From positions 266,476,001-266,540,000 of the forward strand of contig OZ024740.1 in the NCBI GenBank assembly GCA_964016885.1: 64,000 bases of DNA, written 5' to 3'. This document shows, piece by piece, positions 25,731 through 39,609 of the stretch. This DNA is from Eledone cirrhosa (lineage: Eukaryota). Under the pieces are notes generated by a model. It was given only the letters and a program-made list of their open reading frames with translations. It ran no database searches and was not told where the DNA came from. Position 1 is the stretch's first letter; each line of letters starts with the position of its first letter. The position numbers and the translations under genes were made by a program.

Positions 25731-27464
25731 GACACATTAACTTAATTATTATTTTGTTTTGTTTTTCTCAGGCGGGTGGTGTCTCTAAATTATTTGTTTT
25801 CGAAATAATTCTATGCCAACACGTATACAAACTGGTGGTTTTCCCATCGCTTTGGCAACTACATTGAAATGTGTTCTACGCTGATAAGATCGAAACATAT
25901 CCAGAGTTCTCTCCAGTAATTATTTCTAGTTAACTTTTAAAATGCTCCTTGCATTAAATATATTAACACTTTCGTTCCCATATTTCTAACAAAACATACT
26001 GTTCATGATTTTTAATATTTTTTTAGTAATCAAAAGTTTGGAGGAATTTAGTAATATAAATAAATTTCTCATTATTAAGCTGGTATTTAGAACATAACTT
26101 AAGAAAAGGTTCTTATAGAAAATTATAATGGATGGCTAGAATTTATTTATGAACACTTTAAAACAAACGGTATTTCATTATACAATTAGGGGCGAGTCCA
26201 TGTGTTTTGGGAACAAACTTGTTAATTAGTTTGCTTGAAGTGTTATAGAGTATGAGAAACTAATACAAATAAAAAAAATAAGGTTATTTGGAGCCCGCCA
26301 ATGCGTGCTTGGTAAAAATGCCAAGAAAGTAGAAACAGCCGCCTACGAAATTTCTCAGGTTTTTCTCTTGGTAATGGATGGCAAATTCGAAAATATTTGG
26401 GGTCAAAAGATTGCTAAGGTAATTTCCTAACGTTCTCTCTCTTTTACTTACTTCACTGTGTTCTTTTTCTTCTATTTCCTTATTATCTTGGCATGTTTGC
26501 CAAACACGCATTTTCGGGCTTCCAAATAACTTTATTTCTTATTAGTATTTGTTTTTAAATAATACTAATTTAACTATTATATTAACATGCAGCTGCCACC
26601 TCTCAGTAATTCATTCTCTAAAATTTATAGACAAGGTGCTGAAGGCTGGGGAATGCCATGGTTTCTTCAAAAGTAACTTTGCTTAGTTAAACACTAAAGA
26701 AGATTTTTATGTAAAAGTCTTTTCATGTCTAGTCTGTATCTGTTGATCTCTTCCAAGGGTATATCTATCACTGAAATATTTTACTGGTGACAAAGCTAAG
26801 CTGATCAACTCACTCTTCATTCCCACACTTGCATACCATCTGGGCTGTATTATGTCATAGCTCTAGGCTTTCAAATATTTTGGGTCCCTCTGGCACTTCA
26901 ATCGTTTACCTTAGTAGTAAGAACAGATAACAGATTTCTAGTAATGTACTTTTTTGTCATGTATAATGTTTTTTTTTAATGTAATAAAGAAAATTAATTG
27001 TCGCAGGAATGTTACCACTTAAAGTAAAATTTCGCTGGAGATAGATTGTTAAAATCTAATAAGCAGGGGAGGGGCGTGGAGAAACAGCGGGTGGGGGTGG
27101 AAAACGTTTTTTAGATTATTAAGCGGGGGGTGAAGGACGATCATTCGAAACCCGAGTGTAACCGTGTTAAACAACCATTATCCCGAAACCTTTCTCCACA
27201 TCAGTCTTGTCTGAATGTTTTGCTCCCAATAGCATATCTGTGGCCATTTGGCTTACTTGAAATAGCAGCTTCAAATGTCCTCTGAACCATACTGTCTAAA
27301 ATATAGAAATGACTCATTAAATAATGTCTCTTCTTTTTTTAATGATCGACAAGATTCCAAACCTCATTCGCTTACCGACTGGGGTGAAATTATCAAATCG
27401 GACCAAGAAAATATTTTCATTGGTCTTTCAACACTGATACCATCTATCAGTCGCAATCCCAGAC

Positions 27465-27560
27465 AGAAAGAGCAACGTGAAATAAAGTGTTTTGGAGAAT
27501 CGAATTCGCAACCTCACGATTGCGAATCCAATTCACTAACCACTAAGCCAGGCGCCTTCA
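27465..27560 (-). mobile_element. Degraded tRNA-head SINE fragment
   Basis: Minus strand aggcgcctggcttagtggttag..gaggttgcgaattcgattc. Confidence 0.5.
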
Positions 27561-28028
27561 CTTTATCTTAGACAGTCCTAAGTAACATTATCTAGATAAC
27601 ATTAAATAAACATTATTTTAGACTGCCCTAAATAGATGGATAACTTTGTCGGGATGTTTATCCCCACAAGTTTTTTTAAAATAAAGATTTGGGTCTAATC
27701 AACAACAACAACAAGCAATGCAATCTTTCTTCCTGTCTAGGGGATTGATATGTTGATAAATAACTGTAAAAGGATTGGTCGATTTACCGAAGATCTTCAC
27801 ATATCTGCGTGACCTAAACTAGCAAGCAGTTTGAAAATGTAACGCTAGTTATTCATACTTAACAATAGGCATTGTAGTTACATGCTAATATTTTCGTTGT
27901 TTATATATACTATCTGCGTGGACTTCCTTAATTTAAAAGCGTTTCAAAACCAACAAAAAGGAATTCTATTCTGTTCAATTCTATTCGACAGCAACGGTCT
28001 CCATTCTAGACACAAACACACGTGCACA

Positions 28029-28113
<85 letters not shown>

Positions 28114-28120
28114 ATATATA

Positions 28121-28170
<50 letters not shown>

Positions 28171-28175
<5 letters not shown>

Positions 28176-28757
28176 ACGTCAAGATGGGCGGTCTCAAAAG
28201 TGAAAGTAAATTTATTTTCATTTTCGAACGTCGTGTTTACATTTTATGTGCGTGTTTAAACGAAACATGCTGGCGACGAAGCTTCTTCTTTGCACGGCTC
28301 CATGTGTTCTTTATGAGCTGTGTGTGCACATCAACGTCCGCAGGATCTACAAAGTTCCGTTCGTGCACCACAACATCATGAACGTAAATCCCACCTTCAA
28401 TTTCCGAATAGGAAGATGATGCGGCTGCCTGGCAAAATCCCTGCTGAATTATGGGGACGAGAGTGTCAGAGCTTCGATTTGGGACTTCTACAAGACAGCA
28501 GCGTCTAGAATGGCGGACTCACCATTCTGCAAGCCTCATTACAAGATTACTTCGGTATTGAGTACTCTTCTCTCAACCGTCAACTACACACACACATATA
28601 CATATATATATAATCAGTTAAAACGACAGAGGCTCTGATTCTGTCTTTAATCTCAGTAACTAATTTAGATCTAAACACACACACAAAATGTAAACACGAC
28701 GTTCGAAAATGAAAATAAATTTACTTTCACTTTTGAGACCGCCCGTCTTGACGTATG

Positions 28758-28759
<2 letters not shown>
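28171..28759. mobile_element. ~590-bp element with ~88-bp terminal inverted repeats inside (TA)n
   Basis: 28172-28258 is the reverse complement of about 28672-28758; (TA)n on both sides. Confidence 0.75.
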
Positions 28760-28791
<32 letters not shown>

Positions 28792-29050
28792 AATGTGAGT
28801 TATCAAAACATCAAATATGTTTGATTTTTGTGCTTCTCAATAGAAAAACTCAATAGACTTTGTCTAGAGCCATAATAATCCAAAAGTAAAAGATATATAT
28901 GAATATATATAGAGAGATAAAGGACCATATATCCAAGAGAATACACAATATATTGTATATATACAAAGCACATATTTCAAAGAAAAACACGTACTCGAGA
29001 TAGAAATAATAAAATTCCCTATAGCGCTATTTCAAGTCATGTAAACCGCA

Positions 29051-29096
<46 letters not shown>

Positions 29097-29208
29097 AATG
29101 CATTTATCTATAAATTGTGTTCCTCTCACACTCTTCCTCCAACTGTCTCATACTCGACGCCGTTACTTCCATACATGTCTCACATCCTTTCACATCAAAA
29201 CATCCCCC

Positions 29209-29239
<31 letters not shown>

Positions 29240-29249
29240 GACCCACTGT

Positions 29250-29705
29250 CATCTTATCTTCTTCGCCCACATATTCCTGAGAGAGTCGTGGGGGAAGAGT
29301 CCTCAAAAACTACTTCCAGCGGCTCCTGTCAGAAGCAACCGTCTCTAACTGATCTAGCTGGATCCCCAGGCGAGACCAACCAAGCTTATGGATGTTATCC
29401 AACCATCTTGCTCGGGGTCTAACCCTGGGTCTCCTATCGGATGGTTCTTGCCCGTAATATTTGTCCAGTGATTCTTTCCAGAGACATTCTAACCACATGA
29501 CCATAGTATCGAAGTAGAGGGTCTACCGGGAGTGACTCTCTGATCCCCGAGCTACGCACTCTATCGAGTAACCTTACTCCGAAGACCCTTCGAAGAAACC
29601 CCATTTCAGTCGCTTGTATTCGCGATCGTATTCTGTCGGTCTATACCTAAGATTCGTGGCCATATGTAAGGGTTGGCACGAATACCGAATCGAAGATTTT
29701 GGATT
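29250..29705 (-). mobile_element. RTE-clade LINE 3' fragment
   Basis: Translates to VFVPTLTYGHES, ATEMGFLRR, YGHVVRM, RPRVRPRARWLDNI with stops; homolog at 54500-54920. Confidence 0.75.
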
Positions 29706-29754
29706 TTACATCTACTTCCTTTCTTCTGATTACCACTATCCATCCGCGTAATAT

Positions 29755-30185
29755 ATTCATAAGCATAATAATTGTTTCTACTTTTGGCACAAGGCCAGCA
29801 ATTATCCAGTACATTACTGGTACTTTATTTTATCGCCCTCGTAAGGATGAAAGGCAAAGTTAACCTCGACGGGATTTGAACTCAGACCGTAAAGGAAGGT
29901 AACTATTCTGGAAAACATGGCGTCCGACCCTATACCGATACTGCCAATTCATAAGCATGATAATGGTTTCTTATATAGAACCAAGGCAGCAATTGTGGGG
30001 GAGGGGCAAGTCGATTAAATCGACCCAGTGCGTGATTGGTACTTTATTTTATCGACCTCGTAAGGATGAAAGGCAAAGTTAACCACGGCGGGATTTGAAC
30101 TCAGATCATAAAGAGCCGTAACTCTATGCTGTAAAGCATGGCGTCCGACCCTCTACCGATACTACCAATTCATAAGCATAATAAT
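29755..30185 (-). mobile_element. Two tandem Nin-like SINEs with a thrice-repeated target site
   Basis: SINEs at about 29773-29946 and 29965-30167; ATTCATAAGCAT(A/G)ATAAT at 29755, 29947 and 30168. Confidence 0.9.
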
Positions 30186-30354
30186 GCAATATATTCTGGT
30201 TAAATACTTTAAACCCTCTTGCTAAGTGCGCAATTAAACATTTTGGGAAAACGATTTAAAATATATAATTTTCCAGAATTTTTCGGAAAATACAGTATCT
30301 AAATTTAGAAAGCCACTTGCCTTTTGATAATGTCCTGCTTCTAAACACACACAT

Positions 30355-30459
<105 letters not shown>

Positions 30460-30481
30460 TACATACGCACACACCCACGGG

Positions 30482-30513
<32 letters not shown>

Positions 30514-30548
30514 CAAATATATATATATATATACATACTTATATGTGC

Positions 30549-31692
<1,144 letters not shown>

Positions 31693-33533
31693 ATTTATGC
31701 CCTACCCCTTACCCAAACACTACCACTCTTCTCCGTCTGACTGAGCTTGTTCTCACTCTTTCTTTTTCGGGTAAATTTTATCAGCAGGTCTCTGGAGTAG
31801 CGATGGGAACCAGAATGGGTCCAAACTCTGCCAACTTGTTTGTTGGCTACGTCGAAGCCCAGATCTTCTCCCAGTACGCTGGACCGACTCCTGAGCTATA
31901 TGGTCGTTATTTATCTACTGTATCGGCGCTACCTCTCTATCACGAGAACAGCTCGACTGTTTTCTTTCTTTTGTCCAATCTTTCCATCCTGCTCTCAATT
32001 TCACCGCCTCCGTCTCCGATTCTTCTGTCGCTTTTCTAGATATCTCTTTATCTATTAATCACTCTCACCACACCCTCTCTACTTCCATCTTCATTAAACC
32101 AACAGACTCCCAATCTTACCTCGACTTCACCTCCTCCCATTCAACCCACACCAAAAACTCCATAGCCTATTCCCAATTCCTCCTCCGTCTTCGTCGACTC
32201 TGTAGCCAGGATGACAATTTCGAAACCCATTGCCTTCGCATGGCTTCCTGCTTCCTACAGCGTGGATATCCCCTCACCCTGATCCAAGCTGCTCTCAGCC
32301 GCACCACACCCTCTCACCTCACCCCACCCTCCCAACACCCGTGTTCCTTTCCCTCTCACCTACCACTCTGGCGACATATCCTCCGTTCCTTCCGTATCCT
32401 CTCTTCTGACCCCGTCACTTCTCGCTTTTTCCTAAACCCATCCATTACTGCTTTTAAGTGCGCCCGCAACCTCCGCAACTTCCTGCTTCGCAGTTCCTTT
32501 TCGTCCTCTCCTACGACTACACCCTGCTCTCATCCTTGTTCCCGTTCCCGCTGCAACACTAGTCCCTTTATTTCCACCCTCATCACTCTTACAGGCCCTA
32601 ACGGGTCTTTCTGTATCCGCCATTCCTTCACGTTGTCTATGCCCTCCGGTGTTCCCTTTGTGGATCTTTATATATCGAACAAACGGGACGCCGTATGGCG
32701 GACCGTTTTGCCGAACATTTGAGGGACATACGACTCGGTTTAGATACTCCCGTCGCCCGTCATTTCTGTTCTCCTGGTCATTCTTCCCTACATGTTTCAG
32801 TCCTGGGTGTCCTTTTACATCATGGATCACAGGTCTCGCGCACCAGAACTGAACAAAGTCTGATTCACCACCTTGTGTCCTATTCCCCTCTTGGACTCAA
32901 CTCACCTCCCCAATTTCCCTAATACCCCGTCCGTTATCACACCCTAAATTCCTATCGCTTTCTCTTGATCATTAGCAGCTTCTCTTACAACTAATACATG
33001 CCGACTATATATGCTCACTCCACTTTTCCCTTCACTGCTCTCTATACACACATACACACCCTTACATTAACATACTTTTGCTTATAGCTTCGTACTTACA
33101 TGCACACACACTCTTTTACTCGTATATACACACACATTACTTCTTAGCTTCGTACGGACGTATAATAACACACACACACAAGCTTACGCACGTGCTCAAG
33201 TATAGCTCTTTTTACAAAACGGTTTTTTTTCCATTTCAGGTAGACGCGCTCCATCATCCACTTTTCTAAAAAATAAATCATACACAAAACGTCAGCATCA
33301 ACAGTTTTGCAAGAGATGTCAACATGAATGGACCTGTTATTTTTATCTAAAGACATTTTTTCCAATTTCATCCAGCCCGTCCCCTCAATCTATCTTATTT
33401 CTCATTCTTTCTTCTGGTGAAAGACTAGCGTCCGAAACGTTAACACCCTCTTCCTGCTATACCAAGCGTTAACCTAATATATCCTTTCCATATACTGTAC
33501 CGATTGTGTTGTTATTTCTGTTTACCTTTTACA
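31693..33533 (+). mobile_element. Neptune-type Penelope-like element, 5'-truncated, degraded RT + GIY-YIG
   Basis: YQQVSGVAMGTRMGP..ANLFVG..YGRY, FLDI, KPTDSQSYLDF, MADRFAEHL..PVARHF..P.GLN; ends at (TA)n. Confidence 0.88.
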
Positions 33534-33945
33534 TATATATATATAGATAAATCTACCAAAATATACGGTAGTGTCCAATCCGTATGAAGAACTCAATGTA
33601 ATCCAAATATCATGAAAAGAGAAGATGTATTCAAATTTTTTTTCGATGAAAAACACAGGAAAACAGAGTCAAGATAAATTAATAAAAATAATGAATAAAA
33701 ACAAAGAAATAGTTCCTTATATTTTAAAATTTTTTAATATAAGGAACGGTTTCTTTGTTTTTATTCCTTATTTTTATTAATTTATATATATATATATATA
33801 TATGTGTGTGTAAAAGGTAAACAGAAATAACAACACAATCGGTACAGTATATGGAAGGGATATATTAGGTTAACGCTTGATATAGCAGGAAGAGGGTGTT
33901 AACGTTTCGGACACTAGTCCTTCACCAGAAGAAAGAATGAGAAAT
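33398..33945. repeat. Inverted pair of PLE terminal repeats (33398-33533 / 33809-33945), each with a CUGGUGA hammerhead-like core
   Basis: ctggtgaa(a/g)gactag(c/t)gtccgaaacgtta on both strands. The spacer holds a ~55-bp-arm palindrome and matches 43646-43830. Confidence 0.85.
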
Positions 33946-34040
33946 ATATATATGAATAAAAGATAGAGTTAATAACTCATACTGAAACCCTGTAATTAAC
34001 AAGCTCAAAGTATAATTCCTGAGCATTATAATAACAATAA

Positions 34041-34232
34041 GGGCGGTGAATTGGCAGTATCGGTAGAGGGTTGGACGCCATGCTTTCTAGCATAGTTACG
34101 TCCCTTTACAGTCTGAGTTCAAATCCCGCCGAGGTTAACTTTGCCTTTCATCCTTACGGGGTCGATAAAATAAAGTACCAGTAATGTACTGGGTAATTGC
34201 TGGCCTTGTGCCTAAAGTAGAAACAATTATAA
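34041..34232 (+). mobile_element. Full-length tRNA-derived Nin-like SINE
   Basis: A box TGGCAGTATCGG, B box GAGTTCAAATC, Nin-like core, TSD attat(t)aataacaata. Confidence 0.9.
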
Positions 34233-34380
34233 TAACAATATATGTAGTAATAAACACAGTAAATCGTGTGTTTAAAATTACGAGGGTTGAAAACCACATT
34301 TGTTTGAAATATTTAACCATGAAACAGACAGAAAATATATAAGATAAATATATATACAGACCGCCTCAATAACTATTACA

Positions 34381-34462
34381 TCTCCCGGAGAGATTAGGGA
34401 TTAATCTGTTTCGCCCTGAGTGTGTTTGTAACAGATAATCCTTGGGCATCATCAGTGAGAGA
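34381..34462 (-). ncRNA. Type I hammerhead ribozyme
   Basis: UCUCUCA-CUGAUGA-U-GCCC..GGGC-GAAA-CAGAUUA-AUCCC-UAAUCUCUC/CGGGAGA; two mismatches near the core. Confidence 0.75.
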
Positions 34463-34492
34463 ATCAGATTAAATGCGACATAATATATATAT

Positions 34493-35378
34493 GCACTAGT
34501 GCTGCAGAAACTCGAGTCCGGGAACCTTATAGGCACCCGTTGTACGTGTGTTGTGTTGAGGCAAATAACTATGTGTATACTCTGGTAATTTTTCACCTTT
34601 TATTGTGTTTTTGTTTTGATATGCATTCTTTTTCCTGCTACTAATTTTGTCTCTCACTCTTTTAAGTTGTGAATTAGACTGGTTATCTACGCACGTGGCT
34701 GACACATTTCAGCTCGCTACTATATTGGTATATAATGGATGATCGCATTTAAAGTCCGTTAAAGGTTCTTGGCACTACCATTGTTACCATCGCTTTCCTC
34801 TAGCCATGGGGCTTGGAGACATGAACCGAATGCTACCATCTATTTTATATCAATGTGAACTGCTATTTCTAATAGCCATCTTTTCACCCCTTGATAATTT
34901 GTGTGTGAGACACGTTGGCTGAGACTTCTGACAGGAACTAATAGATTGATTCTTTTTAGCTTCTCGTTCCCACGTAAAATTTGTAAATCAGAGGCTAGTT
35001 GAGAGATAGAGTCCTATCGGTTGCCAGTTAATCGCTTTACCGTGTCGGTTGTCACAAACAGTCATGACCGGCACGGGCCGGTGTTTGGATTATGTCGCTC
35101 GATTGGTTATTGATTAGGCGATACCCGCTGATGAAGCCGCATAAGCCGATTGTGCATTGTTGCATAATATATGCAGACAGATGGTGCAGTGCACCTTACT
35201 GTGCATTAGTGCTGCAGAAACTCGAGTCCGGGAACCTTATAGGCACCCGTTTTACGTGTGTTGTGTTGAGGCTAATAACTATGTGTATACTCTGGTAATG
35301 TATCTTACATTGCCCATTGAGTGCACTGAGATACAACCGGTACTGGCATTGATAAATATGCTGGGTCCGTCAACCCTT
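34493..35378 (+). mobile_element. Non-coding direct-repeat element (retrozyme-like or non-autonomous PLE)
   Basis: ~97-bp direct repeats 34493-34589 and 35203-35299 (710-bp period) overlapping a hammerhead; (TA)n flanks. Confidence 0.65.
35124..35232 (+). ncRNA. Type I hammerhead ribozyme with long stem II
   Basis: CCCG-CUGAUGA(35128)..GAAA(35217)-CUCGAG-UC/CGGG; palindromic stem III ACUCGAGU. Confidence 0.7.
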
Positions 35379-35379
35379 A

Positions 35380-35456
<77 letters not shown>

Positions 35457-37309
35457 TCTATATATATAAAGTGAAGTTGGGCGTTGTTTGTTTGTTTGTT
35501 TGGTGTCCCGAACTTGCAGGCTACACCGTTCAGCCGATTTTCATGAAACTTGACACATATATAAAACTCGACCCGTAGATTGGAATAGGCTACTTGAAAT
35601 TTTCGAAACTCGATAATCGGGCCCCCAGGAGCCAAAAATCGTCCGATTTCAATGAAACTCCATGCAAGTGTGTATTTTGATCCGGGGCTACATTACATTT
35701 TCGAAAAATTCATAATTGGATCACCAGAGGCAAAAATCGATATTTTCAGAATTCGTCCGATTTCAATGAAATTTGATATTACCACAATAATAGATCCATT
35801 AGGAGTTACTCCAAGGCTGCAAAAATTCAGAAAGTTTTTTTAAACTCATAAATCATGCGTTAAATGAGACCTTTAAGAGTTAGGGCAGACAATTATTCAT
35901 AGTTTAATTATCAATGACACAATATTGTGGAAATATGCAAATCTACGCCTTTCTTTGTGGGAAAATGGAAGGCTTTACAAACAGAAATTCAGGGTTCTTA
36001 AAGTAGAATTCTTAATTCTTAAATAATTGTGCAGTCAACAAAATATATGACAGAATATTTTTCATATTTTTTTAAAAAATCTTTCGATTTCAATGAAATT
36101 TAATGTGTATGTACACAAGCACTTTTAGTTTACACCTGGCGCAATCAAAATCAATTTTATATGCCCATATAAGCACGCACACACTGTGACTCACGCGCGT
36201 TATTGATTGGACGGCCTGTCTATACCACGAGCAGTATGTTTTCTCAACGATAGATACAAAAACAGGTATGCACGCACGTGCGAACCACCTTTTTCTCTTT
36301 GTGTGTATCCGCTTTTTGTGAACAACAATAAATCCGGCCGTCTCACTAAACGGACCTTTACATAATTTGCCCACTTATTTATCGGTGAGTTAGTGCTTAT
36401 TTATTTAGATTATTTGCATGCCATTTCAGTTAAATTTAATTCATTTTTCGCCTTCCTTAAATTTAAAAATCCCCATTGGGACTAGAGGATTGTCGACATC
36501 TTAACGTTAAACTATTCATATTCCCCCTTATTCAAGTGCAAATACAGTATTATCCCTATCTGAAAGGAAACCAAATTTAATGGTGTCTTTTGTGATGCCA
36601 AAAGCTAAAAGCGGTGAGTAAATTTTCAAACAGTCTTAAATAATCATGCTTTTTGAAAAAAATTTACTAAATAATACTTTGACCAAGTTGTATTGGACAC
36701 ACACAAAGTTGTAAAAAATGTTACGTCCGTACCAATTTTTTCCTTTTTTAAACAAAAGGTTCTAAAAAAATTACTTAATTCATGACACTACTGTCACAGC
36801 CTTTTGCACGGGAAATGAGTAAGTTTTCAGGTTTTTAAACGTAAGTTCACCAGGATTTGTGTCTTTTCCATTATTAGTCCACCTCTAATGGCATTTTTTG
36901 TTCTGTTTACGACTAAATGTTATGAGCGTATTTGCAAATTGCTATTGTTCTTTAATTTTTTAATTAGTTGTCATGCAGTACAATTGATTGCGAACACGAA
37001 CACACCTGCATGCAGATAAACACTGAGAGCTAATAAAAAAAATCGATAATTTGCTTATTAAGACATCGGTCAAAAAGAGAGATTGAATGTACTTTACAAA
37101 ATGTTTTGAATATATTGTTCTTTTTGGCATATGTCAGAAATATAGCTACTATTCACTTTGGTTATTTTTTGTAACTAAGAAACGGTTCCTTTTGGGTGGA
37201 TATTTAACGAGAAAGATCCCAGGGTTTTGGACAAGTTTGTTTCAGGCACTGTATAGACGCCAATTTTGTCACACCTTGGTCATGAATTCGTATTCTTTTC
37301 CAATAGATA

Positions 37310-37564
37310 CCGTATTTTCCGCTCTATAGGCTCACCGGGATATAAGGCGTATCATTTAAAATCAGGTCCGCGCAAGGGCGTGTAAGGTCAACCAGGAAAA
37401 TGCTATCTTCTTTACTTTTAGTCTAGATCTATTACTTCTGTTAGAGCCGTGATTGATTACCATTGTATTATTTATACATAAGGCTCACCGGAGTATAAAG
37501 CGCAGAGCTGTTTTTTTATGAAATTTAGGTATTTTAAGTGCACTTTATAGGCCGGAAAATTCGG
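37310..37564. mobile_element. Tc1/mariner-type MITE nested in the Helitron
   Basis: TA-CCGTATTTTCCG...CGGAAAATTCGG-TA; internal repeats aggctcaccgg..tataa. Confidence 0.85.
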
Positions 37565-37688
37565 TAAGTTATAATAATCATATTTCCAAACCTTCCCATT
37601 CACCAGTAACCATGCTAGCGAATCTGATGTCACCTCTCTCTGTACTTAATCACCCCTCTCTAACCTAACAGCTTCGTTACACGTCGTT

Positions 37689-38763
37689 ATGCCTACACGG
37701 AAACGTTCAAGACTTACCTCCAAAAAAGATACAGCTACTGCTTTGAGACGACGAATTAGGCGTTCTCAGGTATGCGCTCATTCACAATTGGTTAATCCTT
37801 TATGCAATATTCTCCCTTAATGTTAGCAAGCACTGCGTTTATCCTAACTGTCACCACTTTTAAGCAACTACAACATTCTAATCGTAGTTATTGTCTTACC
37901 TTGATTCCCTTTTGTTCATATTACACTTTTCTCATTTACTATTGGCACAGTGCCTTTGGCTTAGCTAACCAGTAACATTAATTAACTTTCTCTAGGAAAC
38001 ACCTGCTGAGCGCGAATCTCGACTCGCTGATAGACGTCTTTCTCGGCTGGGTGAGTCACCAACATCCCGTACGACAAGACTTGCTGATGTTCACCTTCGT
38101 CGCCAACAAGCGCTGGCGGAGAAGTCACCAACATCCCGTACGACGCGGCTTGCTGGTGTTTGCCTTCGTCGCCAACAAGCGCTAGCGGAGGAGTCACCAA
38201 CATCCCGTACGACGCGTCTTGCTGGCGTTCGCCTTCGTCACCAACAAGCGCTTGCAGAGGAGTCACCAACATCCCGTCAGACGAGACTTGCTGGGGTTCG
38301 CTTTCGTCGTCAACAAGCGCTTGCAGAGGAGTCCACGGCAGACAGAGACAACAGGCTTGCTGCTAAGCGTTCCCGGCATACATTAGCTACTGCTGCCAAG
38401 AGCTCAGGCTGGGTAAAAGTAGCCTTCAGATATAACCCCACTGAGTATTACGGACTTCTGCCTACAGTTTCCATTGGCTAAATGGACAATGTCTGTACAT
38501 CCTGCAAGGCAATGAAGTGGCCAGGCGAGGCGCCCTCTATGTGCTGTGCAGGAGGTAAGGTGCAACTAGAGGCATTGGCTGACCCGCCAGACGTTCTTCT
38601 GAATCTACTTACAGGTGACGACACTACGGCTACAACGTTCCGCCGTAACATGTGGAAATGCAACTCGTGCTTCATGATGACTTCCTTTGGTGTAGACAAT
38701 AACAACACCAACAACAGCATGAACCCCAACAACAACGTTGCACCGGTGATGCGCGGGAAGTAA
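37689..38763 (+). pseudogene. Helitron RepHel N-terminus: exon 1, 23-aa STPR-like repeats, Cys-rich motif
   Basis: Exon 37689-37769 (MPTRKRS..RRSQ), GT-AG phase-0 intron 37770-37995, exon 2 ETPAERESRL + 69-bp repeats (38053, 38122, 38191, 38260, 38329), TAA at 38479, then in-frame CTSCKAMKWPGE..CCAGGKVQL..NSCFMMTSFG. Confidence 0.85.
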
Positions 38764-38921
38764 CTTTCACACATTTTAACAACAGAGCACAGGTCGACTT
38801 ACACCCGGGCAATGCCGGGTACTTCTGATAGTATATATATATATATAACGAAGTTGTAGTAAGGAACCAGATGGATCATAACGCACCAGAGTACTCAATA
38901 CTTAGGGTAGTAGAGTGGGTA

Positions 38922-39033
38922 ATAGGAAAATGTATGACCCCGACGGCAGAGCTCAAGCCGTTTCGACGACTATTTCTGGAAATAACCGTCGAAACGGCTT
39001 GAGCTCTGCCGTCGGGGTCATACATTTTCCTAT
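38922..39033. repeat. Perfect 47-bp inverted repeat with 18-nt spacer
   Basis: 38922-38968 is the reverse complement of 38987-39033; ends in (TA)n. Confidence 0.95.
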
Positions 39034-39609
39034 ATATATATATATATATATATATTAGTTAATGTAATAAACAACATAAGAACATTAATTCATTTACCAG
39101 TGGTTCATTTACATGTATATATATATGTGTGTGTCTATGTGTATGCGTGCGACAAATCTCTGCACACTTTTCCACAATGTTCATTTTTCTTTTTGTCTTC
39201 AATTGTTGTCACCACCATTCAAGCTATGTCACCTGTTTAGCAATGGAAATTAGGGTGGTAGAGTACTTTGTTTTGTAGATGTAGCAGCAGAAAGTTTTTT
39301 TGTTTCTGTGTGTGTGTGTTTGTTTTTTTTTAAGTCTGTTTCTTTTTCCGAAAGTTAGTTTTTATTTTCGAAAGTTGTTCTTTTCGTTTTTAATTAGACT
39401 ACGTGTTAGTAAGTCGGGGATCACCAATTGTTGCTAGGTGAATGATATCGCTGCTGTTGATTTCCTATATTATTCGAAAGCTGTATGCAGCATCAGCAAA
39501 TGCATTAGAAGCCTGTTCGATAATTCAGAATCACCAAAGAAATCATGTTTGTATGTTTAAGATGTATTGCGAGAGATGGTTTGGGTTTAGTATTATTGTT
39601 TGTTTCTGA

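Larger units (their letters stand above)
35454..38831 (+). mobile_element. Internally deleted Helitron (~3.4 kb) in (TA)n
   Basis: 5' A|TCTTCTATATATATAAA; 3' hairpin ACCCGG-GCAATG-CCGGGT then ATAG|T (CTAG variant); retains RepHel 5' exons. Confidence 0.88.

Noticed and set aside
25745-25800. Polypyrimidine-CAG splice acceptor as a host exon
   Set aside because: No supportable ORF or donor; cannot be called without transcripts.
27050-27160. Possible mariner-type terminal repeat
   Set aside because: No convincing partner terminus found.
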